From positions 273,119-337,118 of the forward strand of contig OZ251457.1 of NCBI GenBank assembly GCA_965242565.1: a stretch of DNA of 64,000 nt. The letters are read 5' to 3'. Below are positions 57,221 to 64,000 of the stretch, piece by piece. The notes below the pieces were generated by a model. The model saw only the letters and a list, made by a program, of their open reading frames with translations, did not search any database and had not been told where the DNA came from. Origin of the DNA: Dehalococcoidia bacterium. Lineage in GTDB: Bacteria; Chloroflexota; Dehalococcoidia; Bin125. Every line of letters starts with the position of its first letter. The first letter of the stretch is position 1. A program made the translations under genes and the position numbers.

Positions 57221-58783
57221 ATGAGACACGCAGCATTCGTGTTCGCACGAACGTTCTGTGGGGGGGGGGGGGGGGCAACTCTCCTAGCTAGCGCCGTGGC
57301 GCTGACCATAGCGGTGGCTTGGGCGACGACAGCCGCGAGCGCGCAAGGGTCATGTCCGACGCTCGCCGATTTGCGACCGGAACTGAATGCCCCGGTGACT
57401 GTCTCGGGTTCGTGGTCTTCTTCGGATTGCGAAGCGCCGTGGCGAGAGGATCGCTACTCGGATCGATACCGCCTGCACATCTCGGAGCTCGCGTGGGTGA
57501 TGATCGATCTCACTTCGCGTGTCGACACATGGCTCCGCCTCGTCGATGCGGACGACCGTCGACCAGTGGACAACGACGACATCAGCTACTCCAGTCGTAA
57601 CCTTAACTCTCGGATCGTGCGGCCGCTTGAACCGGGGACATACTACGTCGAAGCGTCGACCTACGGCCCTCGAGCAACAGGCTCCTATGCCTTGCGCATC
57701 AGCGTCGACGACTGCAAGGCGATCGAGATCGCAGTCCCGTACAGCAGTCGTGAGAGCCTGTCGCCTGACGGCTGCCACGACCTGTACGACCTCGCCGACT
57801 ACGCGGACATCTACAGCTTCCAGCTGGATGTCGAGGCCGAGCTGACCATTGACTTGGGGTCCAGAGCATTCAACGCATTCGTGCGCCTGCTGGACGATCG
57901 CGGAACCGAGATCGAACACGACAATGACGACGGCAACGGACAGGACTCGTGGATCGAACTGGTGCTTCCGGCAGGGGCGTACCATATCGTCGCAACGGAC
58001 TACAGCAGGGGCCGAGGGGAAGGCTCCTACGAGCTTCGCGTGGCAGTGGAGTGGGCAGAGAGCGTCTACAGAGACGAAGTTCATGAACCATGTGAGCCGG
58101 ATCGACATCTCCGCACCAGCCCATACTGGAAGGACGATCCGCTGGACGTCCAATCCGTGAAGCAGCTGATGACAAGGGTGCTGTTTCAGATCGCAGCTGA
58201 TGATGACGTTACCCTCTGCACCAACTCCGACTACAACGACTTCGGCGCACCAAGGCCGTGGCATGGAGCGGGAGGGTATACCGGCGGCCACGCAGGGTGG
58301 GACGTTCAGACGACGAACGTCTACCAAGACCGCACGGCGAACGTGCCGTTCTACTCTCTGACCGACGGCGAGGTCGTCTATGTCGATTCCATGTCGCTTG
58401 GCGCTATCGGGGTGTATGACGCCGACGAGGGCTTCACTGTCTACTACCTTCACGCACGCCACGTGTACGTGCGTGAAGGCCAGCGAGTGTCGGTCGATCA
58501 GCGTCTCGGAATCCAGGGAGACGCAGGTGTTCCGGGGAAGGAGCACATCCATATTGAGGTGCATCGCGGTAGCCGTACCGTCCCTGACGAGCAGGGAAAT
58601 TTACGCCACCACTTTGGAGGAGCATTCAACGCTCCTGGCCGTGGCGGTGCTAACACCCTGCTGCTGTGGCACGAACAGCTGAATTACCTGTGCGAGGCGT
58701 CGGCGGGCAGCCAGCTTCGGCTGGACAATGGACGGTGTCCGTCACTAGACGCGACTGACGCGCCCAGCCCGGATCTCAGATGA
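57221..58783 (+). CDS. Secreted protein with two PPC-like domains and an M23 peptidase; G16 tract in the signal-peptide region
   Basis: DTWLRL..DNDD..NSRI..PGTYYVEAST (PPC-like, twice); HAGWD, YLH and HIH M23 zinc motifs. Confidence 0.85.
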   Translation: MRHAAFVFARTFCGGGGGATLLASAVALTIAVAWATTAASAQGSCPTLADLRPELNAPVTVSGSWSSSDCEAPWREDRYSDRYRLHISELAWVMIDLTSRVDTWLRLVDADDRRPVDNDDISYSSRNLNSRIVRPLEPGTYYVEASTYGPRATGSYALRISVDDCKAIEIAVPYSSRESLSPDGCHDLYDLADYADIYSFQLDVEAELTIDLGSRAFNAFVRLLDDRGTEIEHDNDDGNGQDSWIELVLPAGAYHIVATDYSRGRGEGSYELRVAVEWAESVYRDEVHEPCEPDRHLRTSPYWKDDPLDVQSVKQLMTRVLFQIAADDDVTLCTNSDYNDFGAPRPWHGAGGYTGGHAGWDVQTTNVYQDRTANVPFYSLTDGEVVYVDSMSLGAIGVYDADEGFTVYYLHARHVYVREGQRVSVDQRLGIQGDAGVPGKEHIHIEVHRGSRTVPDEQGNLRHHFGGAFNAPGRGGANTLLLWHEQLNYLCEASAGSQLRLDNGRCPSLDATDAPSPDLR

Positions 58784-58927
58784 CGGCATGAATGGCGGTG
58801 CGTGCAACGACGTCATCACCACGTGTGGCGCAGAAGCGGCCACCAGTGGGTCGGGGCAAGATCGACTCTAGGGGTGTCGCGATCCGGAGGTAGGATAGGC
58901 TGCGGAGGCGAGGTGAGTTAGGGGACT

Positions 58928-59866
58928 GTGGTGTGGTTCTGGGTGCTTGGGCTGTTGGTGGGGTTGGCGGTTTCGCTGGCGTTGGGGCGGGCGTCTGCGC
59001 CGTCGGCAGAGCAGGCGGAGGCCGCGCCGGCTGATGCGCCGATCGCTGCGCCGGCGGTGGAGCAGAGCACGGCGCCCGATGTGGCGGCGGTCAGCGTGGG
59101 AGGATCGCACTCTTGCGCGCTGGATGCGGAGGGCGGGGTGGTGTGCTGGGGGGCGAACGGGGATGGGCAGCTGGATGCGCCGGAAGGGGCGTTCGCGTTG
59201 GTGAGCGCGGGGGATACCCATACGTGCGCGATTGACGTTGACGGGGCGCTCCGATGCTGGGGATCGGCGGAGTTCGGCAAGGCGTCGGTCCCGGCGGGGC
59301 GATTTGCGCGGGTGAGCGCCGGCGAGGATCACACCTGCGCGGTGCGCGAGGACGGGGCGATCGTCTGCTTCGGCTGGGATCGCTACGGGCAGTCGAGCGC
59401 GCCGGCGGGTGAGTGGCAGGATGTGGGCGTGGGCGAGGATCACTCGTGCGGACTGCGGGTGGATGGGACGATCGTGTGCTGGGGCGACAACTCGTGGGAT
59501 CAGCTGGAGTCGCCGGCGGGAACGTTCGCGGCGCTGACGGTGGGCGATGATCACAGCTGCGCGCTGACATCGGCGGGGCGCATGGTCTGCTGGGGGTTCG
59601 ATCAGCGCGGGCAGCTGTGGCCGCCGGAGGGTTTGGAGGCGGCGCGGATTTCGGCGGGATACGACAGCGCGTGCGCACTGACGGTCGCGGGGCGGGTGCG
59701 TTGTTGGGGCGCGCTGGAGGAGCCGTCGGCGGAGCTTCAGGCGTTGGGGTTTGTGATGGTGGATGTTGGGCACGGGCACGCGTGCGGGGTGACAACGGAG
59801 CGGCGGGTGCATTGCTGGCCGGCGAGTCCGACGGATGTGCCATCTGGAGTCGGCGGTGGCGGTTGA
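58928..59866 (+). CDS. Secreted RCC1-repeat protein
   Basis: About seven repeats of VSAG..HTCA...DG...CWG....GQ. Confidence 0.9.
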   Translation: MVWFWVLGLLVGLAVSLALGRASAPSAEQAEAAPADAPIAAPAVEQSTAPDVAAVSVGGSHSCALDAEGGVVCWGANGDGQLDAPEGAFALVSAGDTHTCAIDVDGALRCWGSAEFGKASVPAGRFARVSAGEDHTCAVREDGAIVCFGWDRYGQSSAPAGEWQDVGVGEDHSCGLRVDGTIVCWGDNSWDQLESPAGTFAALTVGDDHSCALTSAGRMVCWGFDQRGQLWPPEGLEAARISAGYDSACALTVAGRVRCWGALEEPSAELQALGFVMVDVGHGHACGVTTERRVHCWPASPTDVPSGVGGGG

Positions 59867-59913
59867 CATCATGATCTGAGAGGGCGATCCTGCGACGGGA
59901 TGGAGGTGCTGTT

Positions 59914-60666
59914 GTGCGACGGTTGGGTTGGCTGCTGGTTGCGGTGCTGGCTGTCGCGGGCGTGGTTGCAGCGTGCGGCGGCGGCGCGCCGGAGCGGGAG
60001 GTGGGGTCTCAGCGGCCGGCGGAGCAGGAGGCGGGGTCGCAGCGCGATGCGTCGGGTGCTCTGGCGGGCGCGTCTTCGTCGGACGGCGACCGAAGGACTG
60101 CGTCGGCCAGCGCAGCGCCAAGCAGCAGCGAGGGGATCCGGGGTCGTGTGGTGGCGGTGGACCCGGTTGCAGACGAGCGGGCGGCGCGGGAGCGTGCGTC
60201 GAGCGACGCTGCGGGTTCGGGAGGGGTGATGGTAGGGGGGGCGGAGGTACCGGATGGCGCAATCCGCATCGATGTGTCCCCTATGGTGGGCGGGTTGACG
60301 TTTAGCGGACCCAACAACATTCCGCCGGTCCCGCTGCCGTTGCAGTTGCCCGCCGGCGCGTACAACTGCGCGGTCGAGGTGGACCGTCCGGCGCCCGACG
60401 ATGCGGAGGGGCGGCTCGTCGTGACGTTCACCGATTTCGACGAGTCGGGCTCGGAGACGCAGGTGGAGGCGTCCGACCCCGAGTGGAGCGGCGAGGCGAG
60501 GCTGGAGGTGGTGGAGTCCGCGGATGAAGACGACGGCGAAGAGACGCCGACGCGCGCGTTTCAGGGGATCAGGGGATCGCTGACCGGGCGCGCGTTGACG
60601 GCGACGATCGTGTCGGCTCTGCAGGACGGAATGTGGACGATCAACTGCCGTCTCGTTGAGGAATAG
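59914..60666 (+). CDS. Hypothetical lipoprotein
   Basis: MRRLGWLLVAVLAVAGVVAAC lipobox. Confidence 0.75.
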   Translation: MRRLGWLLVAVLAVAGVVAACGGGAPEREVGSQRPAEQEAGSQRDASGALAGASSSDGDRRTASASAAPSSSEGIRGRVVAVDPVADERAARERASSDAAGSGGVMVGGAEVPDGAIRIDVSPMVGGLTFSGPNNIPPVPLPLQLPAGAYNCAVEVDRPAPDDAEGRLVVTFTDFDESGSETQVEASDPEWSGEARLEVVESADEDDGEETPTRAFQGIRGSLTGRALTATIVSALQDGMWTINCRLVEE

Positions 60667-60682
60667 GGACGGCCGTTAGGCT

Positions 60683-62026
60683 GTGCCTATGGCTGTGCCC
60701 GATGTGCCGGGGTCTCTGACGCTGCTGCTGCCGGATCACTGGGCGGCGTCTGATCGCGCGTTGGAGGCGATTGAGTATCCCAATCCGGCCTGGACGTTCC
60801 AGCGCGGACATTTCGGCGAGCTGGCGCTGACGCCGCTGCCGGGGCATCGCAACTCGGCCGTCAGCACCGAGGTCACGATGCAGTTCCTCGAGTGGCACAA
60901 GCAGCACGAGGAGGGCGTGTTGCACGGCTTCAACATCGGCTACGCGCCGACCGATGACGAGGGCCGCGCGCCGGGCCTGGCGGCCGCGACCTCCTGGATC
61001 GCGCCGGATCAGGTCGAGGCGCTGCGCGAGGAGCGCGGCGAGCCGCTGGGCGAGTACGACCCCGAAAAGCCGTTCCCGGCCTGCGCGCCCGCCTTCGTGC
61101 TGGAAATCCGCTCGCCCTATCAGTCGCTGCGGCAATGCACCGACAAAATGCGCCTCTGGATGCACTTCGGGACACGACTCGGCTGGCTCTTCGACCCCGA
61201 CAATCTGGAGGTGCGGATCTACCGCCCCGGTCGGCCGGCGCAGCGGCGAATGAAGCCGCCCCAGCTGCGCGGCGAGGAAGTGTTACAGGGGCTGGTCTTC
61301 GACTGCCGCCCGATCTGGGAGGAGCTGGCCGAGCGCGGCGAGCCCTCGCGCTCCAACCAGCCGCTGCTCGACTGGCGGGCGCACGGCGACATTCGCGGCG
61401 CGGTCGATCCGAGTTATCGCCCGGGCGGATCGGACCCGGCGCTGCAAACAATCCGTGAGGGCCCGCTGCCGCTGCTGGACCTCTGGCTGCCCGATGAGTG
61501 GCCGCTCGACGACGCGGCGCTGGCGCAGCTGAACGAGCGCAATCCGCAGTGGGCGTTCGAGATGGGCCTCGACGGCGGCTTGCAAATTACCGATCCGAAC
61601 GAAGCGGAAGCCTCGCCGCGCACAAGCAGCAGTAGCACACTGATGAACCCCGACGCGCCCCGCGCCCCGCAGGTGATGAGCGCCGCGACCTCCTGGGTAT
61701 CCGACGAGCGGCTGAAGAACGCAAAGCGCGCCGACTCCGCAGGCACGATCGAAGTAGTGCCCAACTTCGTAGCCGAGATTCGCTCCGGCTCACAATCGCT
61801 CACGGATCTCCAACACAAAATGCTGCGCTGGATCTACTACGGCGTGCAACTCGGCTGGCTGCTGGACCCCGATACCCGCACAGTCTGGATCTACCGCGAA
61901 AACCAGCCCCCCGAAAAAGTAGTAAGCCCCCGCCAACTGTCGGGCGAAGATGTAATGGTCGGCTTCACGCTGGAGCTGGACCAAATCTGGGACTGGGCGG
62001 GGGACCTGGAGGAGGGCGAAGGGTAG
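60683..62026 (+). CDS. Double Uma2 (DUF820) domain protein
   Basis: PAFVLEIRSP..KM..W...GTRLGWLFDP and PNFVAEIRSG..KM..W...GVQLGWLLDP. Confidence 0.88.
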   Translation: MPMAVPDVPGSLTLLLPDHWAASDRALEAIEYPNPAWTFQRGHFGELALTPLPGHRNSAVSTEVTMQFLEWHKQHEEGVLHGFNIGYAPTDDEGRAPGLAAATSWIAPDQVEALREERGEPLGEYDPEKPFPACAPAFVLEIRSPYQSLRQCTDKMRLWMHFGTRLGWLFDPDNLEVRIYRPGRPAQRRMKPPQLRGEEVLQGLVFDCRPIWEELAERGEPSRSNQPLLDWRAHGDIRGAVDPSYRPGGSDPALQTIREGPLPLLDLWLPDEWPLDDAALAQLNERNPQWAFEMGLDGGLQITDPNEAEASPRTSSSSTLMNPDAPRAPQVMSAATSWVSDERLKNAKRADSAGTIEVVPNFVAEIRSGSQSLTDLQHKMLRWIYYGVQLGWLLDPDTRTVWIYRENQPPEKVVSPRQLSGEDVMVGFTLELDQIWDWAGDLEEGEG

Positions 62027-62104
62027 GGGCCGACTTGGGCGGGGTTGACTCAGACGGAAGAGCGTGCGTAGCCTGTGGGCCGCATCGCAGAGAGGACTCG
62101 ATAG

Positions 62105-64000
62105 ATGGGCCAATCCGAGCCGCCATTCTCTTTCAGCGCCGTCGCGGCGAGGGCGGTCCTGGCCGCGTTCGCCGTGGTGCTCGCGCTGTCGGCGGCCTGG
62201 GCTCTGCGAGCGCCGGCAGAGGCGCAGTCGATCCGCGACGGCTCGTTCATCCGCCAGAGCGGCGCCAACGACATCTACCGCGTCAACATCGTCAACGGCA
62301 AGCGATTCAAGTGGCTTGTCGTCAACGAGGCCGCCTTCTGCAGCTACGGCTGTCCGTGGGGTTCGGTCATCAACGTGTCGCGGTCCGTCATGGCGCGCTA
62401 CACGACCAGCTACCTGGCGCGCCGGGGCAGCGACGAGAAGGTGTGGCGCTTTGCGCCGAGTGGCGATTCGGGGACGCGCCGCTGGCTGAACATAACGGAC
62501 AGGGAGTTTGAGGCCGCGGGGTTCGACTGGGACGCCGTCCACTCAATCACCACGACTGACTTCAACCAGTACACGCGAGGCTCGGATCTCACGTGCGCCG
62601 ATTTCAATGTGTGCAACGAGCCGCCGCGCATCACAGACGCGAGGAATCTGTCGTTCGACGCCGGCGAGCGGGTGACGTCACGGCGGGTGGCGACCATCAG
62701 CGATCGGGACACGCGGCTGCGGGACTTGACGGTGCGTGTCAGCGGGCTGCCGTCGGGCTGGCGGCACAGCTTCAGCACCTCCAGCGGGCGACTCATCGTG
62801 AGTGGGACGGCGCCGTCGCGCGCAGGGTCGCACCGGGTCACGATCACGGCGTCGGATGGGCAGGGGAGTGACACGGAGCGGTTCACGATCACGGTGAACG
62901 CGACTCACGACCCGGAGATCACGTTGACGGACGACGGGTTTGCGGTGCAGGCCGGCGAGCGGGTGACATCACGGCGGGTGGCGACGATTCATGATCGGGA
63001 CACGCGGCTGCGGGACTTGACGGTGCGCGTGAGTGGGCTGCCGTCGGGTTGGCGGCACAGCTTCAGCACCTCCAGCGGGCGACTCACCGTGAGCGGGACG
63101 GCGCCGTCGCGCGCAGGGTCGCACCGGGTCACGATCAGAGTGTCGGACGGGCGGGGGAGCGACACGGAGCGGTTCACGATCACGGTGACTGCGCCGGACT
63201 GTGCGGAGACGATTCAGAGCGGCTCCTTCATTCGGCGGAGCGGCACGGAGGATGTGTACCGCGTCAGGATCGCGAACGGCAAGCGGTTCAAGTGGCTGAT
63301 CCTCAACGAGTCCGCGTTCAACAGCTACGGCGTTTCGTGGGACCAGATCTGCGACACATCTCAATCAGTGCTGAACCGCTACACGACCAGCACCCTGGCT
63401 CGCCGTGGCAGCGACGAGAAGGTCTGGCGGTTCACGTCGAGCGGCGATTCTGGGACGCGGCGCTGGCTGAACATCACCGCGTCTGAATTCGAGCGCGCCG
63501 GTTACGACTGGGACGCAGTCTTCTCGCTCCGGTCCGGCGACTTCAACGCCTACACGGAGGCGATCCCGCCAACCACATGCGACAACGTGGACGGTCGGAA
63601 TGTCTGCGACATAAGGCCAGCCCCCGTCATCAGCATCGTCTCAAGCAGCGTGACGTGGGATGCCGGGCAGCGAGTCTCGCAGCAACACGTGGCCACCCTG
63701 ACCGATGCCGACACGGCGCTGCGGGACTTGATTGTGGACGTGAGCGGGCTGCCGGCTGGGGTGACGCACAGCTTCGGCACATCCAGCGGGCGGCTGACGG
63801 TGAGCGGGACAGCGCCGTCGAGCGCGGGGTCGCACCGGGTCACGATCACGTCATCGGATGGGCCGAGGAGCGACACGGAGACGTTCACGATCACGGTGGC
63901 TGCTGCGCCGCCGGACTGCGCGGAGACGATTCAAGACGGGTCGTTTATTCGACAGAGCGGCACCGCCGATGTGTACCGCGTCAGAATCGCGAACGGCAAG
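62105..64000 (+). CDS. Large secreted repeat protein, running off the window (absent from the ORF track); repeated approximately 120-aa domain alternating with Ig-like (He_PIG-type) repeats
   Basis: Manual translation from ATG 62105: MGQSEPPFSFSAVAARAVLAAFAVVLALSAAWALRAPAEA-QSIRDGSFIRQSG..; frame checked at 62672, 62963, 63212, 63692 and 63929; Ig repeats VSGLPSG..SGTAP..VTIT.SDG..FTITV. Confidence 0.85.
   Translation, partial: MGQSEPPFSFSAVAARAVLAAFAVVLALSAAWALRAPAEAQSIRDGSFIRQSGANDIYRVNIVNGKRFKWLVVNEAAFCSYGCPWGSVINVSRSVMARYTTSYLARRGSDEKVWRFAPSGDSGTRRWLNITDREFEAAGFDWDAVHSITTTDFNQYTRGSDLTCADFNVCNEPPRITDARNLSFDAGERVTSRRVATISDRDTRLRDLTVRVSGLPSGWRHSFSTSSGRLIVSGTAPSRAGSHRVTITASDGQGSDTERFTITVNATHDPEITLTDDGFAVQAGERVTSRRVATIHDRDTRLRDLTVRVSGLPSGWRHSFSTSSGRLTVSGTAPSRAGSHRVTIRVSDGRGSDTERFTITVTAPDCAETIQSGSFIRRSGTEDVYRVRIANGKRFKWLILNESAFNSYGVSWDQICDTSQSVLNRYTTSTLARRGSDEKVWRFTSSGDSGTRRWLNITASEFERAGYDWDAVFSLRSGDFNAYTEAIPPTTCDNVDGRNVCDIRPAPVISIVSSSVTWDAGQRVSQQHVATLTDADTALRDLIVDVSGLPAGVTHSFGTSSGRLTVSGTAPSSAGSHRVTITSSDGPRSDTETFTITVAAAPPDCAETIQDGSFIRQSGTADVYRVRIANGK

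Noticed and set aside
32342-57291. Long antisense ORFs (e.g. 32342-34795, 48101-50872, 54418-57291; also 15860-17875 and 10723-12204)
   Set aside because: They mirror well-supported genes on the opposite strand, have no family motifs, and are expected in high-GC DNA.
62615-63190. Diversity-generating retroelement TR/VR pair
   Set aside because: Both copies are in-frame Ig domains of one ORF, differences are mostly synonymous and not adenine-specific, and no reverse transcriptase is present.

Overview
High-GC 64 kb chromosomal window. Gene content (F420-type LLM, CaiB fusions, orphan Tat-lipoprotein binding proteins, RCC1/FG-GAP/Ig surface proteins) suggests a Chloroflexota/Dehalococcoidia-like, possibly host-associated bacterium; this is inference. 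About 45 real CDS are present, and most other long ORFs in the track are antisense or off-frame GC shadows. Content: catabolic genes (thiolase, two tandem copper amine oxidases plus an ectB-type aminotransferase, acylase, monooxygenases, CoA transferase), a Dcm-Vsr-EcoRII-like RM cassette, several large secreted proteins, and many intergenic clusters of CGTC-type palindromic repeats. Most notable: (1) two adjacent double-NYN/PIN ribonuclease-like genes, one fused through an Ala/Pro hinge to a ribosomal bL12 (L7/L12) C-terminal domain; (2) two secreted-protein genes with poly-G tracts inside the signal-peptide coding region, one out of frame and one in frame (candidate phase variation); (3) a UGSC selenoprotein hidden by an in-frame UGA with a SECIS-like hairpin; (4) a nested, polar palindromic-repeat system whose orientation appears to track kb-scale G/C strand skew. 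All annotations come from motif recognition by eye; no database searches were run. No tRNA, rRNA, CRISPR array or transposase was recognised.
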